Shown here: positions 1-12,350 of the stretch, one piece after another
Position numbering within the stretch: position 1 is the first letter of the stretch
How the letters are laid out: every line of letters starts with the position of its first letter
From: the human T2T-CHM13v2.0 reference genome, Homo sapiens
DNA length: 64,000 nucleotides
Reading direction: 5' to 3' (one strand)
Assembly: GCF_009914755.1 (NCBI RefSeq)
Contig: NC_060925.1
The notes under the pieces: generated by a model
What the model saw: the letters and a program-made list of their open reading frames with translations, nothing else
Told to the model about the DNA's origin: nothing
The model's database searches: none
Program-made: the position numbers and the translations under genes

Positions 1-1126
1 TCAAGATGGATTAAAGACTTAAATGTTAGACCTAAAACCATAAAAACCCTAGAAGAAAACCTAGGCAATACCATTCAGGACATAGGCATGGGCAAAGACT
101 TCATAACTAAAACACCAAAAGCAAGGGCAACAAAAGCCAAAATAGACAAATTGGATCTAAGTAAACTAAAGAGCTTCTGCACAGCAAAAGAAACTACCAT
201 CAGAGTGAACAGGCAACCTACAGAATGGGAGAAAATTTTTGCACTCTGCCTGTCTGACAAAGGACTAACATCCAGAATCTACAAAGAACTTAAGAACTTA
301 AATTTAAAAGACAAAACCGCATCAAAAAGTGGGCAAAGATATGAACAGATACTTCTTAAAAGAAGACATTTATGCAGCCAACAGAAACATGAAAAAATGC
401 TCATCATCACTGGTCATCAGAGAAATGCAAAACCACAATGAGATACCATCTCATACCAGTTAGAATGGAGATCATTAAAAAGTCAGAAACAACAGATGCT
501 GGAGAGGATGTGGAGAAATAGGAACACTTTTACACTGTTGGTGGGAGTGTAAACTAGTTCAACCATTGTGGGAGACAGTGTGGCGATTTCTCAAGGATCT
601 AGAACTAGAAATACCATTTGACCCAGTGATCCCATTACTGAGTTTATACCCAAAGGATTATAAATCATGCTACTATAAAGACACATGCACACGTATGATT
701 ATTGCAGCACTATTCACAATAGCAAAGACTTGGAACCAACCCAAATATCCATCAATGATAGACTGGATTAAGAAAATGTGGCACATATATACCATCGAAT
801 ACTATGCAGCCATAAAAAAGGATTAGTTCATGTCCTTTGCAGGGACATGGATGAAGCTGGAAACCATCATTCTCAGCAAACTATCACAAGGACAGAAAAC
901 TGAACACCACATGTTCACACTCATATGTGGGAATTGAACAATAGAACCCTTGGACACAGGGTGGGAAACATCAGTAGGGGACTGGGGGAAGGATAGTATT
1001 AGGAGAAGTACCTGATGTAAATGACGAGTTGATGGGTGCAGCAAACCAACATGGCACATGTACACATATGTAACAAACCTGCACATTGTACACATGTACC
1101 CTAGAACTTAAAGTATAATAAAAAAA
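1..1126 (+). mobile_element. L1PA (about PA6-PA8) 3' end: ORF2 C-terminus, 3'UTR, poly(A); runs off the left edge
   Basis: ORF fragments [12 protein letters not shown] and WRFLKDLELEIPFDP match the L1 ORF2 C-terminus; ends ccctagaacttaaagtataataaaaaaa; frameshifted. Confidence 0.95.
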
Positions 1127-1149
1127 ATTTTTTAAATGTGTTGATGAAA

Positions 1150-1750
1150 ACTAGAGAAACACAGATTTTATTGTTGGAGAGGATATTTTAGATCTGGTAA
1201 ATTTGAGATTCTATTAGATATTCAAATGGAGTTGTTCAGTCAGCTGTCAGAAATATGAGTCTGGAGCTTGGGTTGTAGATTGGTTAAAGCTAGATACACA
1301 ACGTTGGTAGTCACCAGCATATGGGTGTCCTTTAAAGCCATTGGATTGGAGGAGATAACTAGACAAAAGTACAGATAGAGAAAAGCAGAAAAAATTCCGG
1401 AGGCACTCAAACACTGAGAGATTGGGTAGAATTTAGAAAAAGAAAGTAAGAAAAAGCAGCTGGTAATTCTGAAGATAAACCAGGAGAAAGTAGTGTCATG
1501 GACACCAAGAGAAGAAAGAGAAAGATTTCAGAAGAAGGTGATAATGCACCCTGCTGAAAGGTTTAGAAAGATAAGGACAGAAAAGTCTAATTTGCTATTG
1601 GATTTAGCTAAGTGGAAGTCAGTCAAGTAATAAGGTTGGAATCCAGATTGGGGTAGGTTGGAGGATGAATATTTGAATAAGGAAGTAGAAATAGCATGTT
1701 TTGAATAATTACTTAATAAGGTTTGTTGTGAGTGGGGAGCAGAGGAATGA
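1150..1750 (-). mobile_element. L2 fragment
   Basis: Purine-rich degenerate L2-type motifs (gagattctattagatattcaaatggagttgttcag, aaaccaggagaaagtagtgtcatgga). Confidence 0.7.
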
Positions 1751-3099
1751 GGAATTTTTATAAGTAGAAATTATATAATAGACAGGAAGACACTTATCAA
1801 TGTTATTTATTAATAAAAACAGATTTAGCTAATTCACTGGATTGTTTTGAAAAATCAAATGATTTCTCCAAAACTGCTCTATAAACCATAAACCTCTTTA
1901 AGAGTATTTTTAGGTATCTGATTTTTCTAGGCTTTATAATTTTTGTGGGTCTTTCTGTGTTTATCTTATACAGTAAATACATGCTGATTAAGGTCTACAT
2001 GGGTTTTAACTTTTTTTGTGTAGTGTTACATAAAAATGGATGTTTAATGAATGCTTTTTCTAAATGATTTCCTTTGGAGCTTTGATTAGTCATTTTAGTC
2101 CCCTGGGCTTCAATTTTCCCATTCTGAAAATAGATGGTAAGTGATGAAGAAATGTGTTTACTGTCATAGAGAGAGGTCCAAACATATTGCTGAGTGGAAA
2201 AAGGAGTTTAAAAAACAACATATAATGTATAATTTCATTTTTATAGAACTATGTACATACATCATATTTCATATACCAATGTCTGGGAGAATTTTTTAAC
2301 AAAATATCAAAATGAAATTATGTTTCTTTAAACTTAATATAAAATAGTAAAACTAAATTAAAAAAATTTTAAAACCATGCAAAAATAGATAATGAGTTTT
2401 CCTCCAAGGTAGGACAAATTTTATCATTTGTAAAGGAATAAATATCAAAATCAAGGTGGCTTACTAGAAGAAAACCCTAGGTTGGTTTATTTGAGCCTGG
2501 ACCCATAAAGGACCATGCTAATGAGGAAATTTCTACTATTCCTAAGTGAAGGTGGAAATCAGGCTGGATCCAGGTGTCTTTTGGTCCTGCCTTAAACTTT
2601 GTCACTTTCTATAAGCCCATCCTTCAACATAATCTATTTCCATCTATGCTTTGCTAATAGTAACAACTCTACTTCCTAACCCATTTCTATAAGCAAGTTA
2701 TTTTGGCTCTGCCTTTGAATAATTTTGTCAGTTAAATCCTGATTCCTTCTTTTTATTCAGGGCTTTATCCTAAGAATGCTCAGGAATCCTGAGTCCCAGC
2801 CCCGTGTCAGTTTTGGAAGACAAATTTCCTGCCTAGCTCTGCAGCACAAATGCTGCTCTGCCAGTTTTTCTGTGGCTTTGTTCCACCTTATCTGCAGTGG
2901 CCAATGGTAGGTATCATGTCCTAGTGCCCTCTGATGCAGCCTGCCACTTGCTCAGCTGTACCTTGGCATATATCCCTCTGTTTTGCGGTTCTTTGTGATT
3001 GTCCCTTTCAGATTAGAAGTGCTTTATAATAAATTGGTAACTGTGCTTATTTGGCTGTTGAAAAGGGAGTCCTTTTAAAAAGGAAACTTAGCCCTTAAA

Positions 3100-3100
<1 letters not shown>

Positions 3101-3160
<60 letters not shown>
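3101..3160. repeat. (CA)n microsatellite, about 30 units
   Basis: Direct reading. Confidence 0.99.
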
Positions 3161-3161
<1 letters not shown>

Positions 3162-3446
3162 TTAAATATTTTCCAGATTGCTTTCTTTGCTTTTAAAGGT
3201 CACCTGAAGGTGAAGGGGTTGAAGGACATTTTATTGGGCTGTTTACTCTGCATTAAATGTCCTTCCTTCTTTCTCCTTATCTAGTACAGCCCTACCTTCA
3301 AGGTCCAGCTGAAATTCCAGCCACTCTGTGAAACTTTTCTTATCACCCTGGCCTTGGAGATTTGCCCTTTCTCTGTGCTCTGGTAACACAGAATGTCTGC
3401 ATTAGCTTTTTCAAACTTAGCCTATGCTGCCTGTCTGTGAAGTATA

Positions 3447-3498
3447 AGCTTTGTTTTCCCAATGAGACTATCAGCTTTGTTTTCCCAATGAGACCATC
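3447..3498. repeat. 26-bp tandem duplication
   Basis: agctttgttttcccaatgagactatc followed by agctttgttttcccaatgagaccatc (1 mismatch). Confidence 0.95.
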
Positions 3499-3509
3499 AC
3501 TCGTTTATA

Positions 3510-3720
3510 GGCTTGGAGTAAGAGTGGCTGAAATCCTATCTCCATCACTTGTGAGCTGTACGACCTTGTTCAAGCCACTTCCCATCGCTGTGCCTTAGGC
3601 TCCTTCTCTGTTCAGTGTAGTCATAGTACCTATCTTTTAGAGTTGTTGGGAAGATTAAATGAAATAATACATGCAGTGTGTTTAGTACAATGCCTGGCAC
3701 ATAGTTAGTGTTCAATAATT
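3510..3720 (+). mobile_element. MIR SINE
   Basis: MIR core (gctgtacgaccttgttcaagccactt) and 3' end (gattaaatgaaataatacatg...tgcctggcacatag). Confidence 0.85.
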
Positions 3721-3879
3721 AATATATTTTATACACTTGTAATTTAACTACTATGTAGTTAAAGGAACTGGTGAAACAGTTATGAAACAGCTAATAGTCT
3801 ACAGAAATAGTTTCTGCTCTGCCAAATCCAGCAGGGAGCCAGAGGGCAAGAGAGTCAATTAAAGCACAGCAAGAAATTG

Positions 3880-4240
3880 TTTTTGCCCCAGGGGAATTTA
3901 CATTCTAGGATTTAATAACTAATTAGCCAATTATTTATTTAAATACTAATCTTTTCAGAAGTACAGGGTGCCATAAAAATGTCTGTGTCTCCCTGAAAGT
4001 CTTGGGGAGGTTCCCCTGAGGAAGTGGTAAATGAATTTAGATCTTAAAAAGGAATAGGTGTGAACAAGTTGAATGTCAGGAAGTGTATTCTTGGCAAAGA
4101 GAAGACCATGTGTGGGGACTTTGAGCTGGAGGGAAGTGTGGATAATCTGAGGACCTCAGAGACAGCCAGTGTGGCTGGAGCATGATGGCTGAATGAGAAG
4201 AGAGAGAGCTCCAAAGGAGCCAGGTTGGATTTTAGGTCTG
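3880..4240 (-). mobile_element. L2 fragment
   Basis: ttcccctgaggaagtgg, gccagtgtggctggagcatg are typical L2 motifs. Confidence 0.65.
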
Positions 4241-4374
4241 TCATTTTCCCAGTATCTTGTAACTATACATTAAGGAGCTTATTTATACTCATTAATGATT
4301 TAGTCTACGTGGATGCTGGTTCATCTGATTCTTTTAAACAATAAAAGAAAGTGTTTTCTGGGTATATGGTATAT

Positions 4375-4990
4375 CGATAAGAGTCTGGTCAGGAAAACAG
4401 AAACTGCATTGGGCATTTCAACAGTGAGAATTTAATATGAGAAGTTGGTTAAACAGGACTGGAGAAATAAAAACCCAAAGAAGGGATGCTGAGGTCACAA
4501 AGAGAGAGTGACTATAAGAAGCTGCTGCCTCTCCAGATCAGAATCTTAAGCTTTGTCTGCATTGCCTCTCTCTCTCACTTCCAGTCTCTCACAAAGTCCT
4601 ATCTTCACAGCTCAGAGAGCTATAATGCAGAACCTTATGTGTCAGGGAGTGGAGGACAGGAGGTGCAGGCCTGGTTGCTGCCCAGCACGTGCTGGTACCT
4701 CAGGAGCTCAGAAGAGCTGGGAAGACTTCCCAGCTAGTGCTGGTACCTGTACCTCTAAGAGGGCACATTCAGGTTAGTTCTTAGAATACTAAAATAAAAG
4801 AGGAGACTGAAGCCAACTGCCCATCCCAGGATGCAGAGCTATTATTGCTCAGGTGATGATAGGAAGAGGAAGAAAGCAAAGAGTCTGCCATTTAACCTCC
4901 CTCTAGCGGCCACTATTGGTAGAAGCTGACAGGGAGTCAGCAGGTTAAGCTGATTTGCAGAGTCCTAGACCCAGTATCACGTAATAAAGA
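4375..4990 (-). mobile_element. Old ERVL-class LTR (LTR33/LTR41-like; family uncertain)
   Basis: gtctggtcaggaaaacagaaactgcattgggcatttcaacagtgagaatttaat resembles the reverse complement of ERVL LTR 3' ends. Confidence 0.5.
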
Positions 4991-7900
4991 TATGAGGGGT
5001 AAAAAATAAGAACAATGGAGAAGGTGGATATTGATAGCTGGATATGAAGGGTGACATGGTCTTGCTTTGGGTAGCATTTGACTCTCTTATTTCTGCCCTT
5101 CAACATGCAATACATTACTTTCAAAGTCTTTGCAGAAAAATTATTTTATTAACTCATTAACTCTTTTGAGAGTAATCAAAATGAATTATTTTGCTAAAGC
5201 AGAAACATGGAAGAAACCTTTTTGTAAGTTTTATGCCATGCCAGTCACTGATTGGAGATATATTTATATCTATCTCTATATAGAGATAGATATTTTCACA
5301 CATACAGACATATACACATATATATTTTATTTAATTTAAAAATTGTTGAAAAAGAACAAAAATTTGTAAGATCTCACTGTTGGCCTTCAAGCTGTTGGAA
5401 ACTATGATACACATTCATGAAAAGGAGCCTGAGGGTCATTATACAGGTTGGTTTCAGCTCCTAAGGGGTCCTGCCATCCCAGATCTGTGAACTCCAGGGA
5501 AAAGCTCTACTTTTCTACCATTTCCTTGGTGATTGATTGCAAATCCCCTGGGGTTTGGAGAGTCACCTATATCTTTCCTCCCAGCTTCTGCTATAGGTTT
5601 TCATTTGCTGTTGAAGTTGAGCAGGAACCACCCAGAGCTCTACCCAGAGACCTTTTTATTTTCCCCTACCCCATAGCGTGAAATATTTTTGTTGCTTAAA
5701 CCACAAACAATATGTTATAAATCATTTCTCAGTATTTATAAATAAAAATATTCTTAAAAGTTACACATTGTTTAAGCACCAAGCTGACTGAATTCCAACC
5801 ACAAGCAACAGATGTTTTAGTCATCCCAAGCAATTCTAACGAAGATAAAACTGTGATTTTCATTTGATATTTTGGAACATTAAAAATAATTGTTGGAGTC
5901 CCCAATACTACTTTTAAGTGCCTCAGGAGACACAGACTTAGGTATAATTTTTTTCATGTGTACTATATTAAAAGATACATTTGCTTGGAAGACCTGTTTA
6001 GTGCAAAAGTGTGACTTTCGGCCAATTCCTCTTAATTAATGACAATGCTTCAGTTAAGTACTTTAGTTCCTTTGTATCAACTCCCATATTTCTCCAGAGA
6101 ATTTGTGAAATAAGCACCTTGACTGGTGTGGAAGGAGTTTTTACTACAAATTTTTCATAAAAAAGGAACATTGAAATGCTACTTATCAAATTGGCTCATC
6201 TGTCTCAAATATTCATTTCCTAGAAATAATCCTTTGTTATTATCCGTAATAACTGAAACCTTATCGTTTTATTTCACCTGCTTTCTTTGTTTTGGTTTTC
6301 AGCATTAAAAAGCAATAATAACTTTGGCAAAAAATAATTCCTGTAGATCATTATTTTGAGGGTAGTCCTACTTGGCCTATTAGTTCCGCTGTAGTGCAAT
6401 GTGTTTTGATATTGTTACTTAAATCAACACCAACCAGAATTACTGGCAGTCACAAACAAAAGTCTAATAATTCAGTGTTGAATTGTAAAGCAAAATGCAT
6501 TTAAAAAATTAAGACTGCAAAGAAAGACGGAAATAACTGTATGATAAACATATAAACATGTTTATTTCTCAAAAATATGAGTTTGTTATAGATTCCTTAA
6601 AAAATTGCCTGGTTATCAATTTTTAAAAATAAATTACGCATTATTTATGTGTTTGCTTTTCTGCTGGTAACAATATTTATGTAACAAACAGAAAAATAAA
6701 AAACAAAAAAAAGAAAAACCCACAGTGCAAACATAAACCTTTGATGAGGCTTGGAATTCTTTCTACTTTTAATCTGCATAACATTTGCCTCCCCTTCATT
6801 GGCTCAATTATGGATTTGAAAGACTGATTCTCAAAAGGTGATCCTGTATGCTTTGCCTCCCAGTAGAAATTTTGCCAAACAGTGCTGGATTATGCCTTAT
6901 GTTGTAGAGTTGCATACTTTAACATTAATGTATAAAAAGATAATTTTTATTAACTTAGCAAAGTAGAAACATTAACCATTGATTATGAAACATGGTTACT
7001 ATTTTTAAATTAACAAACTTAAGAAAACATTAAAAGATGTTAATAAAAACCTAAGTAGCGTTTTGTACCTTCCTTGATGATCCTTAGCTGTTGTCAATCA
7101 AACTGCATCTCTAGTCTATTTTTAGTCTGGAAAGAAACTGCTTATCTTTAACTTGCCCAAAGACTCTTCTGGGGCTTTTCCACTATGCTGAAATTTTAAT
7201 AACATCTCTAGATAGTTCTTCATTTCTGTTACAAGATTTAACTTCCTTATTGAGGCAATCTTTTGACTGTCTTCAGCTTCCTCAGTTATCAGTACTTAGT
7301 TCTCTTGTTAACCTAAGTTCCATGTACCTAGTCTCTTACTTTCTCCTAAATGGGGTAAAAATTCATTTTTATTCACAAAGCTACTGCTGATGGAGAGAAA
7401 TTACAGGTGTGATGTACTTCTCCTCAGTAGTAGCATACCAACTTAGCAATCACATTTTCCCCCCTCAACTATGCATAAACTTACTAGCTTCATTTGCCCT
7501 TTCTTTAAAAAAGAAACAAACAAACAAAAAAAACAAAACAAAACAAAACAATTTTGAGCTACTTTTCTTTTTCCTTGGCAAACTGCTCAGCTGGGTGCCT
7601 GTAAAATGAAATGTACATCAAATACATTCCATAGCGACTCTCACATTCATGATCTAATATGGTTTATTGCTAGTGTTACCTAGACCATATACTCTAAGTT
7701 AAACATCTAAGTAATATTGAAATGTAACTTTCAAAAACACGTTAAAATTCTCTAGGGAGTCAACAAAAATGCAAAGTAATTTTAAAACAAATTCTAATAT
7801 TAGAGAAAATAATAACTATGTGTAAGGGTGCTTTCTATGGCTAGCAAAAGGAAGCCCCTTATAATAGCCCTTGGTAGGCAGAGCTGTTTTGGTGGGGAGG

Positions 7901-9327
7901 ACGTAGGAAACATGGCATAAGGGCCAAGGAGACTCCTAGGACTGAAGAATCAGGAAACTGACCTCATCCCTTTTGAGTTTAACATTATTAGAACATCATT
8001 GGTAGACAGAGTTCAACTAACTTCAGCTAACTGAAGTTCGCTCCTAAGAAATGTGTAGAAGTAGTGTCCCAATCTTAACACCAGGGTTGGCGTGTTGATG
8101 GCACATATCCACAATATGTGGATATGGTAGAAGGTATTCTTTACTAAGCCAGACATATGCTTGGGATCATGTTTAGCTGCAATGACTGAATATGTGATTA
8201 TGACTTAAAACAACTGCAGCAAGGATCAGCAAGGCAATCACTGCAGCTGGACAAGCATCCATTGGGCATCTAGTGTTCAGTAACTGTGTAAATGTGGTTG
8301 CTACTGAGGAATTATGCTAGCGGTCTCATTAGACCCTCTGGTTCTCTCCACTTGGTCGTTTGGAAGTAGAAACGATCACTTGGGGCTGAATAAGCATTAA
8401 GATACTTGTATAATTAACAGCAAGCAGTGGTTTCTAAAGGAAAATACTGGACTTGCTAATAAGTAATTAGTTAGTAGTATAATGGCAGTATAATCACCTT
8501 TGTATTTTGAGCTGATAAAGAAGGTCATATCGGTAACATATGTTTGAAAATGTTAATATAGTCATAATTTTCTCTGAACTTCCATAGTTAGGGCATTTAT
8601 CATTTTTATTATATTAAAACTATTTTTTCAAACATCTTATCTCTCCAAATTTTGATCATTGAAGGCCATGACTTATCTTTATATCAACCCTGGCTTTTCC
8701 TCCCATTGTAGTATAGCAGAATCCCTCATGCAAAATAGAAACTAAATTAACTAAATAAGTATTAAATGATGAAATAAGATAATAAATTAGAAACACTGAA
8801 AATATTTCAAATTCTGAAAATTCATTTTTTTCATAAATAGTATTTATTTTTTTCAAGAAAAAATTTTTTTTGCAGCTAAGGTTTGAGATAATTACTATGG
8901 TGGTAAGATGCACAGAGAAATGGTTTGAGGAGACAGGTCTAGGTACAAAAGAAAAATAATATCTCAGCTTTGCATATAGAAATTCTGATTTATATTTTGA
9001 GCTTACTGTCATATCTTTTTGGAAGTCTTTTGTTCTCAGTTCTTTGATTTCCTTTTTGGTTTTGTTTGTCTTTAAATATTTTATTTTATATTATGTTAAA
9101 GTGCACCCCTATGGATTTATTGTCAATATTTAGTTTTTAAAAGTTTATATTCTACTCTTTAAAAATTCATATTCTGTTAATGAAACAAACTATGGTGTAG
9201 CAGAATTTTCATATAGTTCCATTGCAGAAATAAATTATCTTCTATTCTTTTCAATTTTGAAGAATTGTAGAGTATAAGAATAAATTCAGTAATTGATAGA
9301 TATGGAGAAGACAGTAAGGCATTTGAA

Positions 9328-9768
9328 TGTAGCATTGCTATTAATTGTCCTCCAATATTTATTCTCCTTCTCTTAGCAATAGAACCTCTTATTTTTAGAT
9401 AAGCACATTATGCTAAGAATTAACATTGTACTTCTTACCCTCATTTGCAGCCACGTGTGGCCATGTGCCCAGCTTCTGGTCAGTGGAATGTAAATGAAAG
9501 TATGTAGCTTCCAGCAAGTATACCTAAAGTGTGTATGGGGTGGGTGGGGGAGGTCATGTCCTTGTTCCTCTCTTTGTCTAACAAAGGTTGGAGACATCTT
9601 GGGCAAGGAGGTGAATATGTGAATGGAAACCTAGTCTTATGCACTGTGGCACTCCAAACTAGCCCTGGACAATCTAATTCTAGGTTTTCATATGAGGAAA
9701 AACAAACTCTTAATTTGATTAGGCCATTATTTATTCTATTTCTTGCAAAAAAAAAATCCCAACTGAAC
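9328..9768 (+). mobile_element. MLT1 (I/J-like) MaLR solo LTR
   Basis: ttgcagccacgtgtggccatgtgcccagcttctggtcagtggaatgtaa is an MLT1 core motif. Confidence 0.7.
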
Positions 9769-10059
9769 TCAATTATTAGAAATTTGGAGGCTGATGTTAG
9801 TATTCTGCTCTTAAAGTGATGTTATACTTAATTCTGTAAATTGAGACTCCTTCTTGAAGATCTAAGCCTCTTGATTATCCTAGCAGATTGAGTGTTGAAG
9901 TGAAAGTCAGTGTGTACCATTGGGTAAATTTCTAATGCTGTTATTTAAGTTTCTATATCCACAGTGTAAGAAAAGAGAAACAAATGTGAAAGTGATGGTA
10001 ATTATTTGACTTTTCATCTCTAAACAGAAGTGGGTTTCCTTTCAAATTATATCTGTCCC

Positions 10060-10597
10060 TATAATGATTCATTTGGGGTGTCAACTTGTCTGGGTTAAGG
10101 ACCACTTAGAGAATTGGTAAAGCATTATTTCTGGTACATCTGTGAGAGTGTTTATGAAGGAGATTAGTCTGTGTGTCAGCAGACTGAGTGGGGAAGATCT
10201 GTCCTCAGTGTGGGCGGGCACCATTCAATCAACTGGGGGCCTGAATGGAACAAAAAAGGCAGAGGAAGGGCGATTTCCTCTCTCTCTTTCCTGGAGATGG
10301 GACACTCTTCTTTGACTGCCTTTGGACATCAGAACTTCAGGTTCTCTAGCCTTTGGGCTTCAGGCCTCACACCAAAAGCTCCCCAGGTTCTTGGGTCTTC
10401 TGAGAGTCCACCATCAGCTTCCCTGGTCTGAGGTTTTCGAACTTAGACTGAGCCACTCAACTGGCACCCTGTGGTCTTTGGCTTGTAGACAGCCTGTCAT
10501 GGAACTTAGACTCCATAATCATGGGAGCCAATTCGCTAATAAATCTCTCCACTCATAAATCTATCTATGTATCTATGTATCTATCTATGTATCTATG

Positions 10598-10649
<52 letters not shown>

Positions 10650-10692
10650 CATCCTATTGATCCTGTCTCTCTGGAGATCCCTGACTAATGTA
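10060..10692 (+). mobile_element. MLT2 (ERVL) solo LTR
   Basis: tgtcaacttgtctgggttaagg start, ctctctggagatccctgactaat end; 5-bp TSD gtccc/gtcct. Confidence 0.9.
10558..10653. repeat. Compound (TCTA/TGTA)n tetranucleotide STR inside MLT2
   Basis: Direct reading. Confidence 0.98.
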
Positions 10693-11309
10693 GTCCTCGG
10701 CCTCACACCACTTCAGTTGGGAGTGGTTCTTGAAGTAATCTAGGCTTTAAAATTTTCTCTGTCCTAGGGAGATATGACAATGCTTTTACTGGGATTCTCT
10801 TATAATTTAATTTAAATTCACTCACCTCAAAGCTTTCTCCAGGACTGCCATTTATTTCCTATGATCTCTGCCTCAAATAGCCATAAGCCTGGTAACCAAC
10901 TAAAAAAAGCCAGCTGTGGATGCCCCAGAGTTGCTTGAGCCAGTTTCTTCAGACTCTCTCTCCTTGTTCCCAGCATGCTCTGACTGACTGGCCTCAAGTG
11001 CTGTCTTTATAGCTGTAGCATCAACTTCAGGGCTGCCACTGGCCCTTTGAATTGAATGTTCATAATTACTTTTCGTGGCTTCTTACTCTTGGCTTACCCT
11101 AAGTGATATTTACCTTGTTTTTACTTTTTACCATTCACATTATGAGTTGGCTTGAGCAAAGCTTCTCCCTCAATGTCCTGGTTATGGAAGAGACACAACA
11201 GCCATTCTGGGAAGCTGGGGATAGTAGCTGAAAGTATGGGGAATGTTTGCTATTTTGTCACAGTCTCACTTTTTCCTTTGAGAGAAGAAGACACAGCTTT
11301 CATCAGAAG

Positions 11310-12310
11310 GGGGGCAGTGAAATATTTTAGATAGGGGAGTGAGCTGATAAAATCTGGGTCTAAAAATATGACTTTGGGGGCCATGTGAAGGATGGAATTG
11401 AGGAGGAGGTATTTAAGAGAGTAATAACAATTAGGTGGTCTGGATGCAAGATGATAAAAGCCTAAATTAAGGCACTTAGCAGTGATGACAGAGAGAATAG
11501 GAGAAATTTAAAGGGCCATTTAGAAGGTGTCAGTGAAAGGACATAGAGATTAGATGTATTGTGAAAGGAAAGGCAAAGGATCTAGAATGACCCCCAGTTT
11601 ATGGTATGAGAAACCACTGTGAGCTGGTCCATTCCCTAAAATAGCAAGAGAGATAAACTAGAGTAAAATTTAGGAGGAGACAGTAGATTCAGCTTGTGAT
11701 TGCCCAGTTCTAGAGCCTCTGGTCAGGCACGGTGGCTCACATCTGTAATCCCAGAACTTCTGGGAGGCTGAGGCGGTGGATCACTTGAGCTCAGGAGTTC
11801 AAAACCAGCCTGGGCAACATGGTAAAACCCCATCTTTACAAAAATGCAAAAATTAGCCAGGTGTGGTGGTGCGTGCCGTAGTCCCAGCTACTCTGTAGGC
11901 TAAGGTGGGAGGATCGCTTGAGCCCAAAAGGCTGCATTGCAGTGAGCGGAGATGGCATTACTGCACTGTAGCCTGAGCAGCAGAGTGAGACCTTGTCTCA
12001 AAAAAAAAAAAAAGAAAAAAAAGAGCCTCTGAGCCATCTGGGTGGATATGCCTGGTAGGCACTTGAAAATACAAATCAGCAGGGAAATGAAAGTAGAAAT
12101 CACCAGCAGATGGGTAGTAGTTGAAGCCAGGGAAATGAACAAGATCACTGAGGGAGAACAGAGAGGCTGAGAAGAGATGAGTTCTTGCACAAGGATAGAA
12201 TCACAGAAAACATCAAATCATGAGGCAGAAGAAGAGACTCAGGGGTGGGGAGGAAGAAAGGAAAATGGTAAGAGAGGATGGAAATGCTATGAAGGGAAAC
12301 AAGAGAACTG
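11310..12310 (-). mobile_element. L2 fragment interrupted by an Alu
   Basis: L2 purine-rich motifs continue on both sides of the Alu at 11721. Confidence 0.65.
11721..12021 (+). mobile_element. AluJ-like, full length
   Basis: Dimeric Alu with poly(A); TSD agagcctct at 11712-11720 and 12022-12030. Confidence 0.97.
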
Positions 12311-12350
12311 TTAGGATCTATTTTCCTTTTAGGAAAATAATTTAAGCAGC

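Noticed and set aside
1-1126. Similarity of the first 1.1 kb to 51580-52747 as a local duplication
   Set aside because: Both are L1PA 3' ends with different subfamily diagnostics and different flanks, so they are independent insertions
5998-6189. 63-aa minus-strand ORF (...LWRNMGVDTKELKYLTEALSLIKRNWPK...) in unique sequence
   Set aside because: Non-ATG start, no recognised homology, no convincing splice-site pair; length is within chance expectation
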